Of a stretch of DNA of 64,000 nt, positions 28,536-38,446 are shown in pieces; the stretch's first letter is position 1; each line of letters starts with the position of its first letter. The stretch is from Flavobacteriales bacterium (GTDB taxonomy: Bacteria > Bacteroidota > Bacteroidia > Flavobacteriales > UBA7312): NCBI GenBank assembly GCA_016779935.1, contig JADHMQ010000003.1, forward strand, positions 48,908 to 112,907, in the 5' to 3' direction. The translations under genes and the position numbers were made by a program. The notes below the pieces were generated by a model. The model was not told the origin of the DNA. It worked only from the letters and a program-made list of their open reading frames with translations, and did no database searches.

Positions 28536-29690
28536 TTAATTCATTTTCTGAAACGCTTTCCACCATCTTTCGGGAACATCACCCTTAACCGCTTGCTTGT
28601 AATCTGAATAAGAACAAGGGATAAAATAACCCTCATCGATTGATTTTGCATTATTATTTAGCAAAGGTATCTCCATCCACCATTTATTCATTTTTTTGTT
28701 TTTGAAAAAACATGCATTATACTCGCCATCTCTCATGGAAACGTGGTATTTTGCCATATCTTTATCAGTGGGTTTAAATGTTTTCATCTTATGAAAAAAC
28801 CCATCAAAGAAACACCATATCATTTGTGAAATAAGCTTTGCTGTTTTAGAACTATCGTCATTATTTGAATCATAATGATAAATCCCCAAGGATTTTATTC
28901 GGCCACTTATTCCAGCATAGCGCATTATCTGACAAATCTCTTCAGAATAAAAACCGTTTGGTGAACCATCATCATTGGCAGGAGAATCTGACAATCGAAC
29001 ACTATTCATATCAATTGACACTAAATCGGCATTACGTAATATGGGTTCCACTTCCTCTAAATCTCGTCTAATCTCTCCTAATCTAAAGGCGTCAAAATAC
29101 AAGTCGTTTATCAACTTTACAGAGGTTTGAGGATTTAAGTAAGACTGATAGCCAATGTTAGAAAAATTAAACAACACATTAGGCTTAGAGTTTATTATTT
29201 CTGAAAGATAAGAATTTGAAGATTTGGCATTTTTAACAAGCCCTAAATCTAATCTTGAATCGACACTCACTATATTAGATAATTTACCCAATTGTTTACA
29301 TGAATTGTATTGCGCTATCGTCAAATCTTGTGTACCTCCTATAACAAGAGAAAACAAATTACGATGTTCGCATTCAGTCAAAACATCAGCTAACAACTGG
29401 TAAGTGTCTGTTATTTTTTCGCCAAGCACTAAATTACCTAAGTCAGCAATTCTTAATCGCTCTGGACCTTCAAATAGTTCATATAACTCTAACCTAATTT
29501 TTTCGAAATTTTCAGACGAGTTTTCAATAGAATTCCCTCGGTATTCTGGCACGCAGAATATAACTAAATCAGCTTCTGAAAGGTTAGGGAAATTTCCTTG
29601 AGTGTAAGCCATAACTTGATTACCTAGCTGAGCGGCTTGATAATCATTCTCATCATGAGAAATCGGACTAAAACTCAATTCAAATTCCAT
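28536..29690 (-). CDS. Arginase/formiminoglutamase-fold protein with degenerate metal-ligand motifs
   Basis: 384 aa. Ureohydrolase-like spacing is retained with altered motifs: VIGGTQD at residues 117-122 (versus GGDHS), VDSRLD at 143-148 (versus DAHxD), and SIDMN at 225-229 (versus SxDxD). The ATG directly abuts the topA stop. Confidence 0.65.
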   Translation of the reverse strand: MEFELSFSPISHDENDYQAAQLGNQVMAYTQGNFPNLSEADLVIFCVPEYRGNSIENSSENFEKIRLELYELFEGPERLRIADLGNLVLGEKITDTYQLLADVLTECEHRNLFSLVIGGTQDLTIAQYNSCKQLGKLSNIVSVDSRLDLGLVKNAKSSNSYLSEIINSKPNVLFNFSNIGYQSYLNPQTSVKLINDLYFDAFRLGEIRRDLEEVEPILRNADLVSIDMNSVRLSDSPANDDGSPNGFYSEEICQIMRYAGISGRIKSLGIYHYDSNNDDSSKTAKLISQMIWCFFDGFFHKMKTFKPTDKDMAKYHVSMRDGEYNACFFKNKKMNKWWMEIPLLNNNAKSIDEGYFIPCSYSDYKQAVKGDVPERWWKAFQKMN

Positions 29691-32000
29691 CTACTTATTC
29701 TTACTTTTTTCGGCCAACTCCAGGCACATTTCTCTAGTCAAAGACTTTGGCTCAATATCCTTTGGGATTTTAACGTTCGTCTTATTTTTTCTGGCGCCTT
29801 CACCGATTTGAATAAATGGACCGTATCTTCCGTTTAAAACTTGAACAAGTGGGTCACCTTCAAAGCGATTGATTGTCTTTTCCGCCTCTGCTTTTCTGTG
29901 AGCTAAAATAAGTTCTGTTGCTCTTTCAATTTTAATAGTTAGAGGGTCATCTCCATCATCTTTTTTAATGGACACAAATTTTCCTTTAAACCTCAAATAT
30001 GGACCAAAACGACCGACTGATGCGACAACCTCCTCACCCTCAAACTCACCTACTGTCCTTGGCAATTTAAACAATTCTAAGGCTTGTTCAAGATTTATTG
30101 TTGCAATGCTTTGATCGGCCAATAATGATGCAAATCTAGGCTTCTTCTCATCACTTACTTCGCCAATTTGTGCCATCGGTCCAAAACGACCAATTTTAAC
30201 ATATACATTTTCTCCGGTTACAGGCTCTTGACCTAGTAAACGTTGCCCTTTAGCAGCTTCAGAATTGTCTGCTACCTCATTTACCGTTTTAGCAAAACCG
30301 TCATAAAACTGACTAATCATATCGTTCCAAACCTTCTCTCCTCTTGCTATATCATCAAACTCTTTTTCAACATCTGCCGTAAAACCATAATCCATAACCT
30401 CAGAAAAATGACTTTTTAGAAAATCTGTAACTACAATTCCAATATCTGTAGGCTTCATCTTGGATTTATCAGAGCCCGTTTTTTCTGTCTTCACAGATTC
30501 TTCAACTTGACTGTCTTTTAAGGTTAAGAAGACATATGGCTTTTTAACACCTTCACTTTGTCCCTTAACCACGTAACCTCTGTTTTGAACGGTAGTAATT
30601 GTTGAAGCATACGTAGATGGTCGACCTATGCCTAATTCCTCCAGCCTCTTTACTAAACTTGCTTCAGTATATCTTGCTTTAGGCTTACTAAATCGTTCAA
30701 TAGCATTTATTTCTTTAGAACTTACAACTTCTCCCTCTACTAGATTTGGCAACATACCGTCTTGCTCTTCATTTTCTTCGTCAGTACTTTCTAAATACAC
30801 CTTTAGAAAACCATCAAATTTTATCATTTCACCCTTAGCAACAAATTTTTCTTGTCGATTTGAAATGATAATTTCAGCCACAGTACGTTCGAGTTGTGCA
30901 TCTGACATTTGAGAAGCAATTGTTCGTTTCCAGATTAAGTCATACAGTCTCATTTGATTACGTTCGCCTTCAACAGATGAGTTGGCTAAATTAGTAGGCC
31001 GAATGGCTTCGTGAGCTTCTTGAGCTCCTTTTGACTTCGTAGAGTATGTTCTACTTTTAGAATAGTCCGCACCAAAAGTTGACTCTATATATTGAGAAGC
31101 TGATTTTACAGCGTCTCCCGAAAGATTAACACTATCGGTTCTCATATATGTGATTTTTCCAGACTCATACAGCTTCTGAGCAACACTCATTGTTTGGCCA
31201 ACAGTAAAGCCTAATTTTCTCGACGCTTCTTGTTGTAGCGTAGAAGTTGTAAAAGGAGCAGAAGGTGATTTTTTAGCAGGTTTTTTGTTTAAAGACGAAA
31301 TACTAAAGTCTGAAGAAACGCATGAACTTAGAAAGTTAATAGCTTCTTCTTTAGTGTCGAATCTATTGGATAAATCCGCTTTAAATACATTTCCTTGACT
31401 TGAAAGGAATTGTGCAGAAACCTTGTAAGTAGATTTGCTTACAAAGTCAATAATTTCTTTTTCTCTTTCAACTATTAAACGTACAGCAACAGATTGAACT
31501 CTACCAGCGGATAAACCGTATTTAACTTTTTTCCAAAGAACCGGTGACAATTCAAAACCTACAAGTCTATCTAATACTCTTCGGGCTTGTTGTGCATTAA
31601 CTAGATTAACATCTATTTTCCTGGGATTTTCAACAGCTTTATTGATAGCTGTTTTAGTAATTTCATTGAAAACAATTCTTTTGGTCTTACTTTCATCAAG
31701 ATTCAATGCCTCAAGCAAATGCCATGCTATGGCTTCTCCCTCGCGGTCCTCATCCGTTGCAAGCCAAACTAAATCTGATTTCTTTGAAAGTTTTGTGAGT
31801 TCATCTACCACCTTTTTTTTGTCAGTAGAAACTTCATAGGTAGGTTTAAATCCATTTTCAATATCAATAGCCATACTTCCTTTTTTAGGTAAATCACGAA
31901 TATGACCAATACTTGATTTTACAATGAAATCCTTGCCCAAAAAGCCTTCAATAGTCTTAGCTTTAGCAGGTGACTCGACAATTACTAGATTTTTTGCCAT
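29691..32000 (-). CDS. topA: DNA topoisomerase I
   Basis: 769 aa. It has the Toprim start LVIVESPAKAKTIEGFLG, DEDREGEAI, and the active-site region ITYMRTDS. The C-terminal GRFGP(M/Y)/GRYGPF repeats replace Zn fingers. Confidence 0.95.
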   Translation of the reverse strand: MAKNLVIVESPAKAKTIEGFLGKDFIVKSSIGHIRDLPKKGSMAIDIENGFKPTYEVSTDKKKVVDELTKLSKKSDLVWLATDEDREGEAIAWHLLEALNLDESKTKRIVFNEITKTAINKAVENPRKIDVNLVNAQQARRVLDRLVGFELSPVLWKKVKYGLSAGRVQSVAVRLIVEREKEIIDFVSKSTYKVSAQFLSSQGNVFKADLSNRFDTKEEAINFLSSCVSSDFSISSLNKKPAKKSPSAPFTTSTLQQEASRKLGFTVGQTMSVAQKLYESGKITYMRTDSVNLSGDAVKSASQYIESTFGADYSKSRTYSTKSKGAQEAHEAIRPTNLANSSVEGERNQMRLYDLIWKRTIASQMSDAQLERTVAEIIISNRQEKFVAKGEMIKFDGFLKVYLESTDEENEEQDGMLPNLVEGEVVSSKEINAIERFSKPKARYTEASLVKRLEELGIGRPSTYASTITTVQNRGYVVKGQSEGVKKPYVFLTLKDSQVEESVKTEKTGSDKSKMKPTDIGIVVTDFLKSHFSEVMDYGFTADVEKEFDDIARGEKVWNDMISQFYDGFAKTVNEVADNSEAAKGQRLLGQEPVTGENVYVKIGRFGPMAQIGEVSDEKKPRFASLLADQSIATINLEQALELFKLPRTVGEFEGEEVVASVGRFGPYLRFKGKFVSIKKDDGDDPLTIKIERATELILAHRKAEAEKTINRFEGDPLVQVLNGRYGPFIQIGEGARKNKTNVKIPKDIEPKSLTREMCLELAEKSKNK

Positions 32001-32033
32001 GAGAGAATAAGTTGTTTTCGTTTAATTTTGGTG

Positions 32034-32041
32034 CAAATATA
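32034..32041 (-). promoter_or_regulatory. Candidate -7 box TATATTTG for topA
   Basis: Plus-strand CAAATATA is a minus-strand TAnnTTTG, 34 nt upstream of the topA ATG at 32000. Confidence 0.3.
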
Positions 32042-32152
32042 TTACTCCTTTACCCAAATTTCCAAACCATGACATTGTATAATCTCAATTATATTATTAT
32101 ATAATATAAGATTTTTGAAAAAAATATTTTCTGTCAATTTGTCAGTTTTTAT

Positions 32153-32160
32153 TAATTTTG
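32153..32160 (+). promoter_or_regulatory. Candidate -7 box TAATTTTG for miaB, with a second identical box at 32023-32030
   Basis: This TAnnTTTG match lies 24 nt upstream of the ATG at 32184. There is no well-spaced -33 TTTG. Confidence 0.3.
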
Positions 32161-32183
32161 CAGACTAATACTGAAGTAGATTT

Positions 32184-33629
32184 ATGAGCGAAGAGAAAAT
32201 AATTGATGCCAGCAGACAAGGAGAAGCCCTATCGATTGAAAGCCATTCAAAGAATAGCAAAAAGATGTATATTGAAAGCTATGGGTGTCAAATGAACTTT
32301 TCTGATAGCGAAATCGTAGCGTCAATTTTAAGCAAAGAAGGGTTTTCGACAACGCCAAACCTTGAAGATGCCGATATCGTATTTGTAAACACTTGCTCTA
32401 TACGTGAAAAAGCTGAGCAGACCGTTCGTAATCGATTGAAAGTGTATCGCGCAATCAAGAAAAAACAAAATCCAAAAATGCTTGTAGGCGTATTGGGCTG
32501 TATGGCGGAACGCTTAAAAGATAAATTTCTTGAAGAAGAAAAATTAGTCGATATGGTTGTTGGTCCTGATGCATACCGCGATTTACCAAACCTCATCGAT
32601 GAAGTTACTGACGGAAGAAAAGCAGTAAATGTTATTCTTTCTAAGGAGGAGACTTATGCGGAAATTAGCCCCGTTCGATTAGGCGGAAACGGTATTACCG
32701 CTTTTGTCTCAATCACTAGAGGGTGCGATAATATGTGCACGTTTTGTGTTGTTCCCTTTACTAGAGGAAGAGAAAGAAGTAGAGACCCTAAAAGTATTGT
32801 TCAAGAATGCCAACAACTTGTAAACGATGGCTATAAAGAAGTAACGCTTCTAGGACAAAATGTTGACTCATACCTATGGCATGGGGGTGGATTAAAGAAA
32901 GACTTCAACAAGCTCAGTAAGGAAGAGCAAGAAAACAGCACAAACTTCGCTCAACTGTTAGCAATGGTGGCAGAGGTAAGCCCTGAACTCAGAGTACGTT
33001 TTTCAACCTCTCACCCTAAAGATATGCAAGACGATGTGCTTCATACTATAGCTGAATACGAAAACATCTGTAACTATATTCACTTGCCAGTACAATCTGG
33101 AAATAGTCGTATTTTAGAATTAATGAATCGTGGCTACAGCAGAGAATGGTACCTCAACAGAATAGAATCTATCAGAAAAATTATTCCTGATTGCGCTATT
33201 TCTATGGACATTATTTCCGGCTTTTGTTCTGAGACTGAAGAGGAACACCAAGATACACTCAGCCTCATGGACATTGTAAAATATGACTTTGGCTATATGT
33301 TTAGTTATTCCGAACGTCCAAACACACAAGCTCAAAGAAAGTTTGAAGACGATGTTCCAGTAGATGTAAAGAAAAGACGTTTGCAAGAAATTATTGACAA
33401 GCAAATGGGACATTCATTAATTAGAAACCAAAATCATGTAGGTAAAACTCACAAAGTTTTAGTTGAAGGTGTATCCAAAAAATCCAAAGAAGAATTATTT
33501 GGAAGAAATACTCAGAATACAGTTGTTGTTTTCCCTAAGGAAGACTACAAGATTGGGGACTATGTTTTAGTTGAAGTAGACCAATGTACATCTGCAACCC
33601 TAAAAGGTAAAGCAATAAAAAAAGCATGA
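32184..33629 (+). CDS. miaB: tRNA-2-methylthio-N6-dimethylallyladenosine synthase MiaB
   Basis: 481 aa. It has [15 protein letters not shown], the radical-SAM motif [11 protein letters not shown], and a C-terminal TRAM domain. Confidence 0.95.
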   Translation: MSEEKIIDASRQGEALSIESHSKNSKKMYIESYGCQMNFSDSEIVASILSKEGFSTTPNLEDADIVFVNTCSIREKAEQTVRNRLKVYRAIKKKQNPKMLVGVLGCMAERLKDKFLEEEKLVDMVVGPDAYRDLPNLIDEVTDGRKAVNVILSKEETYAEISPVRLGGNGITAFVSITRGCDNMCTFCVVPFTRGRERSRDPKSIVQECQQLVNDGYKEVTLLGQNVDSYLWHGGGLKKDFNKLSKEEQENSTNFAQLLAMVAEVSPELRVRFSTSHPKDMQDDVLHTIAEYENICNYIHLPVQSGNSRILELMNRGYSREWYLNRIESIRKIIPDCAISMDIISGFCSETEEEHQDTLSLMDIVKYDFGYMFSYSERPNTQAQRKFEDDVPVDVKKRRLQEIIDKQMGHSLIRNQNHVGKTHKVLVEGVSKKSKEELFGRNTQNTVVVFPKEDYKIGDYVLVEVDQCTSATLKGKAIKKA

Positions 33630-34777
33630 CGCTACATCAAGACATAAAACAACGTTTTGGTATTGTTGGTCAATCCAGCAAGTTAGAGCGTGCTATAGAA
33701 ATTGCGGTTCAAGTTGCTCCAACTGATATCTCTGTCTTGATAACAGGTGAAAGTGGTACTGGTAAAGAATCTATGCCTAAAATCATTCACCACAGTAGTC
33801 AACGCAAACACAACAACTATATAGCGGTAAATTGTGGAGCTATTCCAGAGGGCACTATTGACAGTGAACTTTTCGGTCATGAAAAAGGAGCATTTACTGG
33901 AGCTAGTGACAAAAGAAAAGGGTATTTTGAAGTAGCCAATGGCGGCACTATTTTTCTGGATGAAGTAGGTGAATTACCAATGAGCACACAGGTTAGACTC
34001 TTAAGAGTTCTTGAAAGTGGTGAGTTTATGAAAGTTGGGTCTAGCGAACTCATTAAAGTTGATGTTAGAGTAGTCGCCGCTACCAATGTTAACATTGAAA
34101 AAGCCATTCAAAACGGCAAATTCAGAGAAGACCTCTACTACAGGCTCAATACTATAAACATTAAAATGCCTTCTTTAAAAGAAAGAAAAGAAGACATTCA
34201 TCTTTTGTTTAGAAAATTTGCTGCCGACTTCGCCGACAAATACAGAATCCCTGCCATAAGACTAAATGAAGAAGCCATAGATTTATTGGAAAGTTATTCT
34301 TGGCCAGGAAACATTAGACAACTGAAAAACATTTGCGAACAAATTTCTGCAGTTGAACAAAACAGAAGCGTTGACAAAGAAACATTGAGCCATTACATTC
34401 CAAAAGAGAATGCTACTCCAGTATTATTTGGAAAAGGAAAGGCTGAAAACGATTTTTCAGAAAGGGAGATTTTATATAAAGTCCTCTTTGATATGAAAAA
34501 TGATTTAAATGATTTGAAGAGGGTTACCAAAGAGTTAATGGAAGGCAATGTGGTTGTTCCTGAGGAAAATACATTAAAAGAAAAATTCTTCATTCAGCCA
34601 AAGGAAGAAGCATCCCAAAAATTGCCTGAGAAAGAAATCTTGACCCTGCAAGAACAAGAGAAAATTCTAATCGAAGAATCTTTAATTCGACATCAAGGCA
34701 GACGAAAGGATGCCGCTGACGAGCTAGGTATTTCAGAACGAACACTTTACCGAAAAATTAAAGAATACTTACTTTGA
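33626..34777 (+). CDS. Sigma-54-dependent transcriptional activator (AAA+ plus Fis-type HTH, no N-terminal sensor/receiver domain)
   Basis: 383 aa. It has Walker A GESGTGKE, the GAFTGA loop (EKGAFTGAS), Walker B IFLDEV, the [12 protein letters not shown] motif, and the C-terminal [19 protein letters not shown]. The AAA+ core begins about 10 residues after the start. Confidence 0.85.
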   Translation: MTLHQDIKQRFGIVGQSSKLERAIEIAVQVAPTDISVLITGESGTGKESMPKIIHHSSQRKHNNYIAVNCGAIPEGTIDSELFGHEKGAFTGASDKRKGYFEVANGGTIFLDEVGELPMSTQVRLLRVLESGEFMKVGSSELIKVDVRVVAATNVNIEKAIQNGKFREDLYYRLNTINIKMPSLKERKEDIHLLFRKFAADFADKYRIPAIRLNEEAIDLLESYSWPGNIRQLKNICEQISAVEQNRSVDKETLSHYIPKENATPVLFGKGKAENDFSEREILYKVLFDMKNDLNDLKRVTKELMEGNVVVPEENTLKEKFFIQPKEEASQKLPEKEILTLQEQEKILIEESLIRHQGRRKDAADELGISERTLYRKIKEYLL

Positions 34778-35274
34778 AAAACGTGAAAAAATACATAGCA
34801 ATACTATCCTTAGCAATTAGCTCCTGTGGAGTATATACATTTTCTGGGGCATCAATTTCTTCTGATGTAAAGACTGTTAACATTCAATTTTTTGAAAATA
34901 AAACTGCTCTTTCACCGTCCAATTTATCAAATAACTTCACAGAAGCTCTTAAAGACAAATTATCTTCTGAAACAAACCTTAATCCAGTATCATCAGATGG
35001 AGACTTAACTTATTCTGGATATATTTCAAATTATGTTATAAAACCCATAGCCATTCAGGCTAATGAAACAGCTGCTAAAAACAGATTAACCATTTCTGTT
35101 AGAGTAACTTTTACCAATAGCGTACAGGAAGAATATAATTTTGAGAAAACATTCAGTCGATATGCAGACTACGATAGTAGTGATGATTTTAAATCGGTAG
35201 AAGAAACTTTAAACGAAGAAATTACCGAGCAATTGATAGATAATATTTTTAACGAATCCATTTCAAATTGGTAA
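34774..35274 (+). CDS. lptE: LptE-like outer-membrane lipoprotein
   Basis: 166 aa. It has the lipobox LAISSCG and the pattern YTFSGASI..VKTVNIQFFENKT..LTYSGYISNY..RLTISVRVTF seen in Bacteroidota LptE-family proteins. The miaB-EBP-lptE order is one I recall as conserved. Confidence 0.55.
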   Translation: MKNVKKYIAILSLAISSCGVYTFSGASISSDVKTVNIQFFENKTALSPSNLSNNFTEALKDKLSSETNLNPVSSDGDLTYSGYISNYVIKPIAIQANETAAKNRLTISVRVTFTNSVQEEYNFEKTFSRYADYDSSDDFKSVEETLNEEITEQLIDNIFNESISNW

Positions 35275-35990
35275 ATCTTCAAGAGAAATATACACAATGG
35301 GTTAAGCAACCACATACTCTCAAAAGAGAGGATTCAGAAACTTTAAAAGAATTGGTTGATAAATACCCTTTTTGCCAGACTAGCCGATTGCTTTACCTTA
35401 AAAGTTTACAAAACATAAATAGCATTCATTTTAACCAAAGTTTAAAGGTTACAGCTGCCCACGCTTCTGATAGGCATCAGCTGTTTCATTTGCTTACCGA
35501 AAAGAAATCGAAAGTAGAAAAGAGTAAAATTAAGAACGTTGACAAAATTGATTCACAAAAAACTGATGAGACACCCAAAGAAGTCATTAAAGAATCATTA
35601 AACATCGGTCAACCTTTAGAGTTTGAAAAAGAAGAAACACACTCCTTTAGTCAATGGTTAAAACTTAGTCAGGCTAAACCAATAGTAAGAGAAAAAGAAG
35701 AAAATAAATTACAGGAAAAGGTTAGCCTTATTGAAGACTTTATTGCCAACAGAGAAAGAAAACCGCAAAAGAAAGAATTTTACTCGGCTACTAATCAAGC
35801 CAAAAAAAGTGAGAAATTTGAATTTGATATTGTTACAGAAACCCTCGCTAAAGTATATCTAGAACAAGAACATTACGAAAAAGCCAAAGAAGCATATCGT
35901 CAACTTTGTTTGAAATATCCCCAAAAAAGTTCTTTATTTGCATCCCAAATTGAATTAATCGATCAATTAATTGATCAAAACAATAAATAA
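35268..35990 (+). CDS. Hypothetical protein with a C-terminal TPR-like motif
   Basis: 240 aa with a TTG start overlapping the lptE-like stop. The middle is Lys/Glu-rich. YLEQEHYEKAKEAYRQLCLKYPQ looks like a single TPR. Confidence 0.4.
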   Translation: MVNLQEKYTQWVKQPHTLKREDSETLKELVDKYPFCQTSRLLYLKSLQNINSIHFNQSLKVTAAHASDRHQLFHLLTEKKSKVEKSKIKNVDKIDSQKTDETPKEVIKESLNIGQPLEFEKEETHSFSQWLKLSQAKPIVREKEENKLQEKVSLIEDFIANRERKPQKKEFYSATNQAKKSEKFEFDIVTETLAKVYLEQEHYEKAKEAYRQLCLKYPQKSSLFASQIELIDQLIDQNNK

Positions 35991-35995
35991 GAGTT

Positions 35996-36331
35996 ATGTA
36001 CACTATATTTTCAGTTCTAATCATCATCACATGTATTCTGCTTCTTTTAGTAGTATTAGTTCAAAATCCTAAAGGCGGTGGTCTTTCGGCAACTTTTGGT
36101 GGTGGAAATCAGGTAATGGGTGTCAAAAAAACAGCTGACTTTTTAGAAAAAGCCACTTGGTATTTAGCTATAGCACTATTATTCTTTTCATTAATGTCTA
36201 ATTTAAGTATTTCGTCAACTGTTGATGAAAACGGTCAAAATGAATCTATTATTCAAGAGCAATTAGACGAAACGCCAATACCCACTCAGAGTTTACCAGC
36301 ACTGCCAATTCAGGAAGCACCTGAAGAATAG
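35996..36331 (+). CDS. secG: Preprotein translocase subunit SecG
   Basis: 111 aa. It has LLLLVVLVQNPKGGGLSATFGG followed by a second TM. Confidence 0.85.
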   Translation: MYTIFSVLIIITCILLLLVVLVQNPKGGGLSATFGGGNQVMGVKKTADFLEKATWYLAIALLFFSLMSNLSISSTVDENGQNESIIQEQLDETPIPTQSLPALPIQEAPEE

Positions 36332-36386
36332 TCATATACTTTCTGACATAATTTCAAACTGGCTGAAAAAAAGTCATCAAATCTAT

Positions 36387-36416
36387 AAAGTGTGTCCTTG
36401 TGGCACACTTTTTGTC
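36387..36416 (+). promoter_or_regulatory. 8-bp inverted repeat with a 9-nt spacer (AAAGTGTG-N9-CACACTTT) overlapping TGGCAC-N5-TTGT (sigma-54-like -24/-12), upstream of groES
   Basis: The arms are at 36387-36394 and 36404-36411. TGGCAC is at 36401-36406 and TTGT at 36412-36415. The groES ATG is at 36458. Alternative reading: a weak intrinsic terminator of secG. Confidence 0.35.
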
Positions 36417-36457
36417 TTAATACTAAATGTCGAACATTAACAATTAAATTTAATCTT

Positions 36458-36727
36458 ATGAATGTAAAACCACTAGCAGACAGAGTATTAGTAGAACCTG
36501 CACAAGCTGAAACTACTACAGCTTCTGGAATTATCATTCCAGATACTGCACAGGAAAAACCACAAAAAGGCACAATTGTTGCCGTAGGTGATGGCAAAAA
36601 AGACGAGCCACTAACAGTAAAAGTTGGCGATACTGTACTTTATGGAAAGTACTCGGGAACAGAACTAAAATTTGAAGGAAAAGACTACATGATTATGAGA
36701 GAGTCTGATATCCTTGCAATTATTTAA
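36458..36727 (+). CDS. groES: Co-chaperonin GroES
   Basis: [35 protein letters not shown]. The track ORF (36392) is extended upstream by 22 codons to a GTG start. Confidence 0.95.
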   Translation: MNVKPLADRVLVEPAQAETTTASGIIIPDTAQEKPQKGTIVAVGDGKKDEPLTVKVGDTVLYGKYSGTELKFEGKDYMIMRESDILAII

Positions 36728-36735
36728 AAAATTAA

Positions 36736-38370
<1,635 letters not shown>

Positions 38371-38388
38371 GATTATATAATCATTAAT

Positions 38389-38421
38389 AAAAAAAGGCTC
38401 AATTAAATTGAGCCTTTTTTT
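38389..38421. terminator. Bidirectional Rho-independent terminator between groEL and the convergent acidic-protein gene
   Basis: The sequence is AAAAAAA-GGCTCAA-TTAAA-TTGAGCC-TTTTTTT. It has a perfect stem and is flanked by A7 and T7, so it can work on both strands. Confidence 0.8.
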
Positions 38422-38446
38422 ATTAATAACTTAAATAGGAGAACTC

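Noticed and set aside
29547-29552. Additional TGGCAC strings (29547-29552 and 40025-40030), considered as sigma-54 -24 elements
   Set aside because: Both lie inside coding regions and lack a TTGC-like -12 element at the N5 spacing (ATAT and TAAT instead).
32001-32183. 183-bp AT-rich topA/miaB divergent spacer at the point where gene orientation switches, considered as a replication origin or small RNA locus
   Set aside because: I saw no DnaA-box clusters, dnaA/dnaN genes or stable structures. The presence of TAnnTTTG boxes on both strands explains it as a divergent promoter region.
36310-36597. 95-aa minus-strand ORF spanning the secG-groES spacer, and the 22-codon N-terminal extension of the groES track ORF (36392)
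   Set aside because: groES homology starts at MNVKPLADR (ATG 36458). The upstream codons are non-conserved and cover the inverted repeat and promoter-like region.
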